Below, piece after piece: positions 28,464-38,157 of a stretch of DNA of 39,589 bases; position 1 is the first letter of the stretch, and each line of letters opens with the position of its first letter. The DNA comes from Clostridiales bacterium (GTDB lineage: Bacteria; Bacillota; Clostridia; Lutisporales; Lutisporaceae): contig DUSG01000066.1 in the NCBI GenBank assembly GCA_012842725.1, positions 1 through 39,589 of the forward strand, given 5' to 3'. A program made the position numbers and the translations under genes. Under the pieces are notes generated by a model. It searched no databases. It worked only from the letters and a program-made list of their open reading frames with translations, and was not told where the DNA came from.

Positions 28464-29660
28464 ATGAAGGTATTTGTTATTAATTGTGGTAGTTCTTCAT
28501 TAAAATATCAGTTAATAAATATGGAGAACGAAGAAGTTGAAGCTAAAGGTATAGTTGAAAGGATTGGTATTCCCGGATCAGTATTAAAACATCAGACAAA
28601 AAACGGAGAAAAGGTAACAATAGAAGGAGATATGCCAACTCATAAGGAAGCATTAAAAAGCGTTATCGATGCTTTAATGCATGAGAAATACGGCGTTATA
28701 AAAGACATGAAGGAAATAAACGCAGTTGGGCATAGAGTTGTACACGCCGGTGAGAAATTTGCTTGTTCAGTTGTAATAACTGAAGAGGTTATAAATGCTC
28801 TTAAAGAATGTATCGATTTAGCACCACTACATAATCCTCCAAATATTTTGGGTATCGAAGCATGTCAACAGTTAATGCCGGGAGTACCTATGGTAGGAGT
28901 TTTTGATACCGCTTTCCATCAGACTATGCCTAAGGAAGCTTACATATATGCTTTGCCATATGAATTGTATGAAAAATATCGTGTTAGAAGGTATGGGTTC
29001 CATGGAACATCACATAAATATGTTTCCTTAAGAGCTGCTGATATGTTAGGAAAAGACATAAAAGAGCTCAAAATAGTCACATGCCATCTTGGGAATGGAG
29101 CAAGTGTGACAGCAGTTAAAAATGGAAAGTCAGTTGATACCAGTATGGGATTCACTCCATTAGAAGGTTTAGCAATGGGAACCAGATGTGGAGATATTGA
29201 TCCTGCTATTGTTAAATTCATTTCAGAAAAAGAAAATTTAGATCTAAATGATGTTGATAAATTGTTAAATAAACAATCAGGAGTTTTGGGAGTATCCGGA
29301 GTCAGCAGTGATTTTAGAGACATTGAAGAAGCTGCAGCAAAAGGCAATGAAAGGGCAAAGCTTGCTCTCGATATATTTGCATACAGAGTTAGAAAATATA
29401 TAGGAGCATATGCTGCTGCCATGGGCGGTTTAGATGCAATAGTATTCACAGCTGGCTTAGGCGAGAATTCTCCAGAAATGAGAGCTTTAATTTGTGAAGG
29501 TTTGGAGTTCTTAGGAGTAGAAATTGATGAAGAAAAGAACAATGTAAGGGGCAAAGAGGTAGACATTTCAAAGGATGGTTCAAAGGTAAGGGTACTTTTA
29601 ATACCTACCAATGAAGAGCTTATGATTGCAAGAGATACAAAAGAATTAATAGAGAAATAA
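28464..29660 (+). CDS. ackA: Acetate kinase
   Basis: [54 protein letters not shown]. Confidence 0.98.
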   Translation: MKVFVINCGSSSLKYQLINMENEEVEAKGIVERIGIPGSVLKHQTKNGEKVTIEGDMPTHKEALKSVIDALMHEKYGVIKDMKEINAVGHRVVHAGEKFACSVVITEEVINALKECIDLAPLHNPPNILGIEACQQLMPGVPMVGVFDTAFHQTMPKEAYIYALPYELYEKYRVRRYGFHGTSHKYVSLRAADMLGKDIKELKIVTCHLGNGASVTAVKNGKSVDTSMGFTPLEGLAMGTRCGDIDPAIVKFISEKENLDLNDVDKLLNKQSGVLGVSGVSSDFRDIEEAAAKGNERAKLALDIFAYRVRKYIGAYAAAMGGLDAIVFTAGLGENSPEMRALICEGLEFLGVEIDEEKNNVRGKEVDISKDGSKVRVLLIPTNEELMIARDTKELIEK

Positions 29661-29687
29661 ATGGCAGATTAATCTGCCATTTATTTC
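29654..29687. terminator. 34-bp perfect palindrome after ackA (likely terminator)
   Basis: GAAATAAATGGCAGATT|AATCTGCCATTTATTTC. Confidence 0.7.
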
Positions 29688-29719
29688 AAATTACAAGAAC
29701 GCTGGATAAAGTATTTTTC

Positions 29720-29748
29720 TTGACAAAATGTAATTAGGTTTGTATAAT
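29720..29748 (+). promoter_or_regulatory. Consensus SigA promoter of yceD-rpmF
   Basis: TTGACA-17 nt-TATAAT, exact consensus. Confidence 0.85.
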
Positions 29749-29778
29749 AAAATTTGTCATTTGATCTGAGGTGGTTTA

Positions 29779-30285
29779 ATGGAAGTCAGTATTTCTGAGA
29801 TTCTTGTTAACGAAGGTATAAAAAAAGAGTTTTATTTTTTTGAAGATATTGATAACAATATCATTGAGTTTTTTGGTGAAAAAATCAGTATTAAGAAACC
29901 AATAAAAGTGGAAGGTTATGCAGTAAACTATGAAGGAAAAATAAGACTTTATATAAACATCCAAACAGAACTCGCAAGATCTTGTTCCAGGTGTCTTGGC
30001 TTATACAATGAAATGATAGATATAGATGCAGAGTATGTGTTTGTAACAAGCCCAGATAAACAAAGTAATGACGAAATTTTGATTGATGGAGAAACCATAA
30101 TACTGGATGAATACGTATTGGACGAAATAACATCTCAGATGACCATGAAACCACTATGTAAACCAGACTGTAAAGGTTTATGTTTTAAATGTGGAAAAAA
30201 TAAGAATTATGAGGAATGTGATTGTACATTTGATGAGATTGATCCCCGGCTGCAAGAATTAAGCAGATTTCTTAGGAAAGAGTAA
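29779..30285 (+). CDS. yceD: YceD/DUF177 family protein
   Basis: [18 protein letters not shown]...C.C, DPRLQEL; immediately upstream of rpmF. Confidence 0.92.
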   Translation: MEVSISEILVNEGIKKEFYFFEDIDNNIIEFFGEKISIKKPIKVEGYAVNYEGKIRLYINIQTELARSCSRCLGLYNEMIDIDAEYVFVTSPDKQSNDEILIDGETIILDEYVLDEITSQMTMKPLCKPDCKGLCFKCGKNKNYEECDCTFDEIDPRLQELSRFLRKE

Positions 30286-30298
30286 GGAGGTGCTAAAA

Positions 30299-30478
30299 AT
30301 GGGTTTACCAAAAAGAAAAATTTCTAAATCAAGAAGAGATAAAAGAAGAGCAAATTGGAAGCTCACTATGCCAGGACTTATTGAATGTCCTCAGTGTCAT
30401 GAACCAAAACTTCCTCACAGAGTATGCAGATCCTGTGGATTTTATAAAAACAAAACGGTTTTGGAAGTGGGAGAATAA
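30299..30478 (+). CDS. rpmF: 50S ribosomal protein L32 (zinc-binding form)
   Basis: [32 protein letters not shown]; ATG 30299 after AAGGAGG. Confidence 0.97.
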   Translation: MGLPKRKISKSRRDKRRANWKLTMPGLIECPQCHEPKLPHRVCRSCGFYKNKTVLEVGE

Positions 30479-30482
30479 AAAG

Positions 30483-30512
30483 ACAGCGGATTTTACCGCT
30501 GTTATTTTTTTT
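30483..30512 (+). terminator. Intrinsic terminator after rpmF
   Basis: ACAGCGG-ATTTTA-CCGCTGT followed by TATTTTTTTT. Confidence 0.8.
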
Positions 30513-30522
30513 GAAAAATGTA

Positions 30523-30552
30523 TTGCATAAAGGCAAGGTTATAATATATACT
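30523..30552 (+). promoter_or_regulatory. Putative SigA promoter of the fapR operon
   Basis: TTGCAT-18 nt-TATACT immediately before the FapR operator. Confidence 0.55.
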
Positions 30553-30557
30553 TGTTA

Positions 30558-30574
30558 TTAGTATCAGGTAATAA
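30558..30574 (+). promoter_or_regulatory. FapR operator
   Basis: TTAGTATCAGGTAATAA fits the 17-bp FapR inverted repeat TTA(G/T)TA-N5-TA(C/A)TAA, located between the promoter and the fapR RBS. Confidence 0.85.
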
Positions 30575-30601
30575 ATATAGATGGTATAAGGAGGTACTTA
30601 T

Positions 30602-31171
30602 ATGAAAAAGGGATTGGCAAAGAGGGATAGACAAAAAAGTCTACAGTCAAAAATCCAAGATGATCCCTTTTTAACCGATGAAGAGCTGGCAGAATTTTTT
30701 AATGTCAGTGTGCAAACCATAAGGTTGGATAGATTAGAGCTAGGTATACCTGAGTTGAGAGAGAGAATAAAAAATGTAGCTGAGAAAAATTATTTGAAAG
30801 TAAAGTCGATTGAAGGAAAAGAGATAGTAGGAGAACTATTAGATCTTAATCTAGGAGTTAGTGGTATATCTTTATTGGAGACAGATTATTCAATGGCCTT
30901 TGAAAAAACCAATGTTGTAAGAGGAAGTCATATTTTCGCTCAAGCTGAGTCTCTTGCTATATCGGTAATTGACGCTAATGTGGCTTTAATAGGTGTAGCT
31001 AATATAAAATATAAAAATCCTGTTTTTGCAGGAGATAAATTGATTGCTAAAGCTGAAGTTGTAAGAACAAGGGGAAACAAATATTTCGTTTGGGTGTTTA
31101 CTAAAGTGAAAAATATTGAGGTTTTTAGGGGAAAGTTCATATTAGTATCATTCAATCGCAAGGAGGAATAA
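30602..31171 (+). CDS. fapR: Malonyl-CoA-sensing fatty acid biosynthesis repressor
   Basis: [40 protein letters not shown] plus a thioesterase-like C-terminal domain. Confidence 0.97.
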   Translation: MKKGLAKRDRQKSLQSKIQDDPFLTDEELAEFFNVSVQTIRLDRLELGIPELRERIKNVAEKNYLKVKSIEGKEIVGELLDLNLGVSGISLLETDYSMAFEKTNVVRGSHIFAQAESLAISVIDANVALIGVANIKYKNPVFAGDKLIAKAEVVRTRGNKYFVWVFTKVKNIEVFRGKFILVSFNRKEE

Positions 31172-31174
31172 TTT

Positions 31175-32185
31175 ATGAGAATAGCCATTGATGCCATGGG
31201 AGGCGACAATGCTCCAAAGGCTGTTGTTGAAGGTTGCATTAATGCAGCAAATGAATATGAAATTGAAATTTATTTGGTAGGTAAGGAAACTGAAGTTAAT
31301 AAGTATTTAAATGACGTAAAGCCATCAAAAGGCAAAATACATATCGTCAATGCTAATGAAATAATAACAGGAGAAGATGCACCGGTTCAGGCAATCAAAC
31401 GCAAGAAAGAATCATCTATGGTAATAGGCTTGGAAATGGTAAAAGAAGGTAAATGCGATTCTTTTTTATCTGCAGGAAACACAGGAGCTTTCTTGGCAGG
31501 TTCTCTGCTGAAAGTAGGGCGTATAAAAGGAATTGACAGGCCCGCTTTGGCTCCGTTGCTTCCAACTGAAAAAGGAGTCTGTATGTTAATAGACGCAGGA
31601 GCTAATATGGACTGTAAACCCAAAAATCTTCTGCAGTTTGCGATAATGGGTTCTATTTATATGGAAAAAGTTGAAGGAATAAATTCACCAAAAGTGGGAT
31701 TGTTGAATGTAGGAACCGAAGAAACAAAAGGAAACGATTTGACCAAGCAGAGTTATGTCTTACTGAAAAACAGCAATTTAAATTTCATAGGCAATATAGA
31801 AGCAAGAGATATTTTTACAGGTATTTGCGATGTAATCGTATGTGATGGTTTTGCAGGAAATATAGTTTTAAAGAATACTGAAGGCCTTGCTTCAACGATT
31901 ATGGGATTATTGAAAGAAGAATTGATGAAGACAACAATATCTAAATTTGGAGCCCTTCTATTAAAAAATAGTTTTAGAAATTTTAAGAAAAGATTTGATT
32001 ATAAAGAATATGGTGGTGCCCCGTTCTTGGGGATAGATGGAATAATGATTAAAGCCCATGGTAGTTCTGATAGCAAAGCCATATTCAATGCAATAAGGCA
32101 GGCTAAATTACTTTATGATAATAAATGTATCGATAGAATTATTATGGATTTAAAAGATAACGAGGTGAATGAAGTTGAACAATGA
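31175..32185 (+). CDS. plsX: Phosphate acyltransferase
   Basis: IAIDAMGGDNAP, SAGNTGA, IDRPAL, DAGAN, DGFAGN, KAHGSS. Confidence 0.97.
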   Translation: MRIAIDAMGGDNAPKAVVEGCINAANEYEIEIYLVGKETEVNKYLNDVKPSKGKIHIVNANEIITGEDAPVQAIKRKKESSMVIGLEMVKEGKCDSFLSAGNTGAFLAGSLLKVGRIKGIDRPALAPLLPTEKGVCMLIDAGANMDCKPKNLLQFAIMGSIYMEKVEGINSPKVGLLNVGTEETKGNDLTKQSYVLLKNSNLNFIGNIEARDIFTGICDVIVCDGFAGNIVLKNTEGLASTIMGLLKEELMKTTISKFGALLLKNSFRNFKKRFDYKEYGGAPFLGIDGIMIKAHGSSDSKAIFNAIRQAKLLYDNKCIDRIIMDLKDNEVNEVEQ

Positions 32186-33170
32186 AACTGTGGCGGCAGG
32201 TATTGTCGGAACCGGCAGTTATGTGCCTGATACAGTGCTGACTAATGAATACTTTGAAGAAAGATTAGATACCAACAATGAATGGATAGTTACAAGAACT
32301 GGTATTAGAGAAAGGAGAATAGTTAGACCGGATGTAGCCACATCTGATATAGCAACATATGCGGCAGAAAAAGCTTTAGAAGATGCGAAAATGAATCCAG
32401 AAGATATAGACATGATTATCGTTGCCACAGTAACTCCTGATATGTCTTTTCCATCTACAGCATGCTTAGTTCAGAAGAATTTAGGTGCTTTTAAAGCGTC
32501 TGCATTTGATATTAGTGCAGCATGTTCAGGATTTATATATGGTTTAAGTATAGCTTCACAGTTTGTTAAATCGGGAAGCATGAAAAATGTTTTAGTGATA
32601 GGTGCTGAAACTTTATCTAAAATAACGGACTATAGTGATAGGAATACTTGTATACTTTTTGGAGATGGTGCAGGAGCTGCTATTGTATCCAGAGTTGAAA
32701 AAGATAAAGGGATTTTAGCTTCTTATCTAGGTGCAGACGGAAGAGGCGAGGACTTATTGAAGTTGCCGGCAGGTGGATCAAGGTTGCCGGCATCAGCAGA
32801 GACTGTGTCCAATTCGTTGCACTATATAAAAATGAATGGCTCTGAGGTATTCAAGTTTGCCACAAAAATTATAGAAGAAGCTGCAGAGAAAGCTTTGGGA
32901 ATGTGTGGACTGAGTAAAGAAGATATAGATTTTTTCATACCACATCAAGCAAATATAAGAATAATTGAATCAGCTATTAGAAGATTAAACATATCCAAAG
33001 ATAAAGTTTTTGTAAACATTGAACAATACGGGAATATGTCTTCTGCTTCAATAGCAGTTGCATTAGATGAAGCGAATAAAAACAAAAAAATAAACAAAGG
33101 AGATATTGTTGTTTTAGTAGGTTTTGGTGGAGGATTAACCTGGGGTTCTATCGTACTTAAATGGAGTTAG
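32175..33170 (+). CDS. fabH: 3-oxoacyl-ACP synthase III
   Basis: WIVTRTGI.ERR, AACSGF, LFGDGAGA, PHQAN, YGNMSSAS, GFGGGLTWG. Start is TTG 32175 or ATG 32169. Confidence 0.96.
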   Translation: MNNETVAAGIVGTGSYVPDTVLTNEYFEERLDTNNEWIVTRTGIRERRIVRPDVATSDIATYAAEKALEDAKMNPEDIDMIIVATVTPDMSFPSTACLVQKNLGAFKASAFDISAACSGFIYGLSIASQFVKSGSMKNVLVIGAETLSKITDYSDRNTCILFGDGAGAAIVSRVEKDKGILASYLGADGRGEDLLKLPAGGSRLPASAETVSNSLHYIKMNGSEVFKFATKIIEEAAEKALGMCGLSKEDIDFFIPHQANIRIIESAIRRLNISKDKVFVNIEQYGNMSSASIAVALDEANKNKKINKGDIVVLVGFGGGLTWGSIVLKWS

Positions 33171-33186
33171 TAATGGAGGAAAGATT

Positions 33187-34146
33187 ATGATGAGAACAGT
33201 GATTTGCGAATTGTTACAAATAGACTATCCAATACTTCAGGGTGGTATGGCTTGGGTAGCAACTGCTGAGCTTGCTGCTGCGGTTTCAAACGCTGGCGGC
33301 CTTGGCATAATAGGTACTGGCAATGCCCCTGGAGAGGTTATAAAAAAAGAAATAGAAAAGGTAAAGCAATTAACGGATAAACCTTTTGGAGTGAACGTTA
33401 TGCTGCTTTCACCTTTCGTCGACGAGATAATGGAGCTGGTATATAGTGAAAGGGTTCCGGTCGTAACTACCGGAGCAGGCAATCCGGGAAAATACATACC
33501 AAAACTTAAGGAACGAGGTATAAAGGTGATCCCTGTTGTACCATCAGTGGCTTTAGCAAAAAAAATGGAACATGTTGGAGCAGATGCCGTAATTGCGGAG
33601 GGGACAGAAGCAGGCGGACACATTGGAGAATTGACAACAATGGCTTTGGTACCACAAGTAGTGGATGCAGTGAAAATACCGGTGATTGCCGCAGGAGGCA
33701 TTGGTGATGCCAGAGGAGTTATATCAGCTTTGGCCTTAGGTGCACAAGGTGTTCAAATGGGAACCATATTTGTATGTTCTGAAGAATGTACAGTACACGA
33801 AAATTATAAGAATGCCATAATAAAGGCTGGTGACAGAGGCACTGTCGTAACAGGAAGAAGCACAGGGCATCCTGTAAGAATAATTAAGAACAAATTGTAT
33901 AGGGAATTTGACAAGCTTGAAAAATCAGGAGCTTCAGTTGGAGAAATAGAAAAGTTTGGTGTAGGAAGACTGAGATTAGCATGTATTGAAGGCGATGTAG
34001 AAATGGGTTCTGTTATGGCAGGTCAGATAAGTGGGTTAATAAAAGAAATAAAACCTGTAAAAGAAATCATTGAAAACATTATTGCTGAATGTGATTCAGT
34101 TATTAATAGACTAAACTATCTGGCAAGAGGTGAAAAGCTTGATTAA
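33187..34146 (+). CDS. fabK: Enoyl-ACP reductase II
   Basis: YPILQGGMAWV, EGTEAGGHIG, AAGGIGD, MAGQ; located in the fab operon. Confidence 0.94.
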   Translation: MMRTVICELLQIDYPILQGGMAWVATAELAAAVSNAGGLGIIGTGNAPGEVIKKEIEKVKQLTDKPFGVNVMLLSPFVDEIMELVYSERVPVVTTGAGNPGKYIPKLKERGIKVIPVVPSVALAKKMEHVGADAVIAEGTEAGGHIGELTTMALVPQVVDAVKIPVIAAGGIGDARGVISALALGAQGVQMGTIFVCSEECTVHENYKNAIIKAGDRGTVVTGRSTGHPVRIIKNKLYREFDKLEKSGASVGEIEKFGVGRLRLACIEGDVEMGSVMAGQISGLIKEIKPVKEIIENIIAECDSVINRLNYLARGEKLD

Positions 34147-35089
34147 AATTGCATGCATATTCCCCGGACAGGGAGCTCAGTATATGGGAATGGGTAAAGA
34201 AATAGCTGAAAATTATAGAGTTGCAATGGATATATTTGAAAGAGCAAGTGAGAAATTAGGAATAGACATGAAAAAACTGTGCTTTGAGGGCAGCGAAGAA
34301 GATTTAAAGGACACTGAAAATACTCAACCTTCAATTCTGACAACAAGTATAGCAATTCTAGAAGTATTGAAACTAAAAGGATTGAAGCCATCAATAGCTG
34401 CAGGATTGAGTTTAGGTGAATATTCAGCTTTAGTAGCATCAAATGCTATTTCTTTCGAAGATGCAGTGAATGTGGTAAAGAAAAGAGGCAAGTTCATGCA
34501 GGAAGCAGTTCCTAAGGGACAAGGAACTATGGCAGCAGTAATGGGAATGGATAGAAATGAAATAATAAACTGTTTGAAAATGGCCTCAAGCTATGGAGTT
34601 GTTGAGCCGGCTAATTACAATTGCCCGGGACAGGTAGTAATTACCGGACATACAAAGGCTATAGAAGTAGCCTGCAAACTTTTGAAAGAAAGAGGAGCCA
34701 AAAGAGTAAAGGTGTTGCCGGTAAGTGCACCATTTCATTCTAGTTTATTAAAAAGTGCGGGGGAAAAACTATCTGAAGAACTGGATAAAATTGAATTTAA
34801 TGACATGGATATACCTGTTGTGGCAAATGTGAATGCGCAGGTAATAAAGAATAAATATGAAATCAAAAAACTTCTTGTTGAACAGGTAAGTTCTTCCGTG
34901 CTTTGGGAAGACAGTATCAGAAATATTATAAGTCAGGGTGTAGATACTTTTATTGAGGTTGGACCAGGAAAATCCCTTTCAGCATTTGTAAAGAAGATAA
35001 ATAAAGATGTTTTTGTATATAATGTGGAAGATATTGAATCATTAAATTCTACCATAGAAAATATTAGGGAGAGATTAGAATGCAATTAA
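34139..35089 (+). CDS. fabD: Malonyl-CoA:ACP transacylase
   Basis: FPGQGAQ, GLSLGEY, VSAPFHS, EVGPGK; TTG 34139 after GAGGTG. Confidence 0.96.
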   Translation: MIKIACIFPGQGAQYMGMGKEIAENYRVAMDIFERASEKLGIDMKKLCFEGSEEDLKDTENTQPSILTTSIAILEVLKLKGLKPSIAAGLSLGEYSALVASNAISFEDAVNVVKKRGKFMQEAVPKGQGTMAAVMGMDRNEIINCLKMASSYGVVEPANYNCPGQVVITGHTKAIEVACKLLKERGAKRVKVLPVSAPFHSSLLKSAGEKLSEELDKIEFNDMDIPVVANVNAQVIKNKYEIKKLLVEQVSSSVLWEDSIRNIISQGVDTFIEVGPGKSLSAFVKKINKDVFVYNVEDIESLNSTIENIRERLECN

Positions 35090-35823
35090 AAGAAAAAACT
35101 GCTATCATAACAGGAGCTTCTCGAGGTATAGGGAGAACAATAGCACTTTTTTTTGCAAAAGAAGGCGCAAATGTAATTATAAATTATTCAAATAATGAAA
35201 AGGCAGCAATGGATGTTGTGAAAGAAGCCATGGAATATGGCGTAAAGGCTTATGCTATTAAAGCGAATGTTTCTAATTTTTGTGAAGTTGAAAAATTAGT
35301 TGAGAAAGTATTAAATGAATTTGGAAGCATAGATATATTAGTAAATAATGCAGGAATCACAAAAGATAATCTTCTTATAAAAATGACAGAGGAAGATTTT
35401 GCTAAAGTTCTTGATATAAATTTAAAAGGTACGTTTAATTTTACAAAGGCAGTTAGCAGGATTATGATAAAACAAAGAAGAGGCAAAATAATAAATATTG
35501 CTTCAGTTGTAGGCATAATAGGTAATGCGGGACAATCTAATTATGCTGCAGCAAAAGCAGGTATCATAGGTTTTACGAAATCTATAGCAAAAGAGCTTGC
35601 TTCAAGAGGCATTAATGTAAATGCCATAGCTCCAGGATTTATCGAGACAGACATGACTGCAGTGTTAGGGGAAAAAATCAAAGCAGAATTAATAAATGCT
35701 ATACCTATGAAAAAACCCGGAAAACCAGAAGATGTGGCAAATGCAGCAGTGTTTTTGGCATCTGAACAATCAAATTATATTACAGGTCAGGTAATTAATA
35801 TTGACGGTGGAATGGTTATGTAA
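35080..35823 (+). CDS. fabG: 3-oxoacyl-ACP reductase
   Basis: TGASRGIG, NNAGITKD, YAAAK, APGFIETDMT. Confidence 0.96.
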   Translation: MQLKEKTAIITGASRGIGRTIALFFAKEGANVIINYSNNEKAAMDVVKEAMEYGVKAYAIKANVSNFCEVEKLVEKVLNEFGSIDILVNNAGITKDNLLIKMTEEDFAKVLDINLKGTFNFTKAVSRIMIKQRRGKIINIASVVGIIGNAGQSNYAAAKAGIIGFTKSIAKELASRGINVNAIAPGFIETDMTAVLGEKIKAELINAIPMKKPGKPEDVANAAVFLASEQSNYITGQVINIDGGMVM

Positions 35824-35860
35824 TATTATCATAGTATAGCTTTGAAGGGAGGTGAGACCT

Positions 35861-36088
35861 ATGATATTCGAGAAAGTACAAGAAAAAATTGCCGAGCAAC
35901 TCGGTATAGATACAGATGACATTACAATGGAGTCTTCCTTCATTGAAGATTTGGGAGCAGATTCTCTGGATATAGTAGAATTGTTAATGGCTCTTGAAGA
36001 AGAATTTGACATAGAGATACCTGATGAGGAAGCAGAAAAACTTGTAACAGTAGGAGATGTAGTTGAATACATAAAGAATAATACGTAA
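35861..36088 (+). CDS. acpP: Acyl carrier protein
   Basis: [12 protein letters not shown] phosphopantetheine site; ATG 35861 after GGAGGTG. Confidence 0.97.
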   Translation: MIFEKVQEKIAEQLGIDTDDITMESSFIEDLGADSLDIVELLMALEEEFDIEIPDEEAEKLVTVGDVVEYIKNNT

Positions 36089-36090
36089 TT

Positions 36091-36120
36091 AAAAGTCCCG
36101 TATAAACGGGACTTTTTTTT
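36091..36120 (+). terminator. Intrinsic terminator between acpP and fabF
   Basis: AAAAGTCCCGT-ATAA-ACGGGACTTTT-TTTT. Confidence 0.8.
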
Positions 36121-36147
36121 AAATACTTTTTAAGGAGAGGAGTCAAA

Positions 36148-37389
36148 TTGAATAGAAAGAGAGTTGTTATCACGGGATTAGGAGCAATAACACCGATTGG
36201 TATAGGTGTGGAAAACTATTTTAAAAGTTTAAAAGAAGGGAAATCCGGTGTTACAAGAATAGTTAAATTCGATACAGAAAACTTGAGTACAAAAATAGCA
36301 GCAGAAGTAAAGGATTTTGATCCAAATGATTTTATTGATAAGAAAGAATCAAAAAGGATGGATAGATATACCCAATTTGCAGTGGCGGCTTCAAAAATGG
36401 CAATTGAAGATGCACGCCTAAATTTAAAATCAATAGAGTGTGATAGGTTTGGTGTTTGTATTGGTTCAGGAATTGGTGGATTAGAAACTCTTGAAAGTCA
36501 ATATAAAGTTATGACTGAAAAAGGTCCAGGAAGAGTAAGTCCATTTTTTATACCGATGATGATATCAAATATAGCTGCTGGATACATATCAATGGTTTTC
36601 AATGCAAAAGGACCAAATATGACTATTGTAACAGCATGTGCATCATCAACAAATGCCATCGGTGAGGCGTATAGGATAATTCAAAGAAATGAAGCGGATA
36701 TCATGATAACAGGAGGAACAGAGGCCTCAATAACGCCAATGGCCATTGCTGGATTTTGCTCAATGAAAGCCTTGTCTCAGAGAAATGATGAACCAACAAA
36801 AGCTTCTCGACCTTTTGATAAAAATAGAGATGGATTTGTTATGGGTGAAGGTGCTGGAATTCTTGTTTTAGAAGATTTAGAACATGCTTTAAAGAGGAAC
36901 GCCATAATTTATGGGGAAATTGTTGGTTATGGCTCAACAGCAGATGCATATCATATAACTGCACCGGCACCGGAAGGTGAAGGCGCTTATAGAGCTATGA
37001 GAAAAGCTGTAGAAGATGCGGGTATAAGCCCAGATGAAATAGATTATATAAATGCTCACGGTACTTCAACTGAATTAAATGATAAATTTGAAACACAGGC
37101 AATCAAAGCTCTCATGGGAAAACATGCCTATGAAGTGGCGATAAGTTCAACAAAATCAATGACTGGTCATCTTTTAGGTGCTGCAGGAGCGATAGAAGCT
37201 TTAGCATGTATGATGGCAATAAATGAATGTATAATTCCGCCCACTATCAATTATGAAACTATGGATGAAAATTGTGATTTGGATTATGTACCTAATAAGG
37301 CCAGAACTGCAGTAGTAAAATATGCAATGTCTAACTCTTTTGGCTTCGGTGGGCATAATGCATCAATCATATTGAAAAAATATGAATAA
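36148..37389 (+). CDS. fabF: 3-oxoacyl-ACP synthase II
   Basis: [42 protein letters not shown]; TTG start. Confidence 0.97.
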   Translation: MNRKRVVITGLGAITPIGIGVENYFKSLKEGKSGVTRIVKFDTENLSTKIAAEVKDFDPNDFIDKKESKRMDRYTQFAVAASKMAIEDARLNLKSIECDRFGVCIGSGIGGLETLESQYKVMTEKGPGRVSPFFIPMMISNIAAGYISMVFNAKGPNMTIVTACASSTNAIGEAYRIIQRNEADIMITGGTEASITPMAIAGFCSMKALSQRNDEPTKASRPFDKNRDGFVMGEGAGILVLEDLEHALKRNAIIYGEIVGYGSTADAYHITAPAPEGEGAYRAMRKAVEDAGISPDEIDYINAHGTSTELNDKFETQAIKALMGKHAYEVAISSTKSMTGHLLGAAGAIEALACMMAINECIIPPTINYETMDENCDLDYVPNKARTAVVKYAMSNSFGFGGHNASIILKKYE

Positions 37390-37446
37390 ATTATTATACT
37401 ATAGTTGGATTATATTACATGTAGGGAAAGGAACATTTGATTAATA

Positions 37447-38157
37447 ATGGATGAAAAGCGTCTAAAATCACTTCAAGAATTTGAAGGGATAATAAATTAT
37501 ACTTTTTCAGATAAGGAATTGTTAAATACTGCTCTTACCCACAGCTCGTATGCCCATGGACACGATGGTGCTCATCCTTATAACGAAAGATTAGAGTTTT
37601 TGGGAGATTCGATACTTTCCATGATAATCAGTTATCATTTATTCCAAAACCTAAAAAATACTTCGGAAGGGCAGATGACAAGGATAAGAGCTAATATAGT
37701 GTGTGAAAAATCCCTATATGCTACTGCAAAAAAAATAAGGATTGGAGAATTTCTTTATCTAAGCAAAGGCGAAGAAAACACAGGCGGGCGTAAAAGGGTG
37801 TCTATACTGGCAGATGCTGTTGAGGCATTGATTGCAGCAATATTTTTAGATGGAGGATTGGAGGAAGCTAAGAAATTTGTTATGTGTTATATGGGAGATA
37901 AGATTGAATCATCCATCAAGAATAGATTTATAAATGATTATAAATCTTATCTTCAGGAGTATGTTCAAAAACATAATTTGGGAAAAATTGAATATAGACT
38001 TATATCAGAAAACGGACCAGATCATTCTAAAGAGTTTAATATGGCACTCTACTTAAATGATACATTGATTGGTACCGGAAAAGGAAAAAGCAAGAAAGAT
38101 GCGCAGCAATCAGCTGCAAAAGATGCTGTTAACACTATGGGTGTTATAAATGAGTAA
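37447..38157 (+). CDS. rnc: Ribonuclease III
   Basis: ALTHSSY, NERLEFLGDS, LADAVEA, dsRBD (DYKSYLQE...GPDH...GKSKKDAQQ). Confidence 0.97.
   Translation: MDEKRLKSLQEFEGIINYTFSDKELLNTALTHSSYAHGHDGAHPYNERLEFLGDSILSMIISYHLFQNLKNTSEGQMTRIRANIVCEKSLYATAKKIRIGEFLYLSKGEENTGGRKRVSILADAVEALIAAIFLDGGLEEAKKFVMCYMGDKIESSIKNRFINDYKSYLQEYVQKHNLGKIEYRLISENGPDHSKEFNMALYLNDTLIGTGKGKSKKDAQQSAAKDAVNTMGVINE

Noticed and set aside
28940-29611. 223-aa antisense ORF inside ackA
   Set aside because: Shadow frame of a highly conserved gene, with no RBS or recognisable motif
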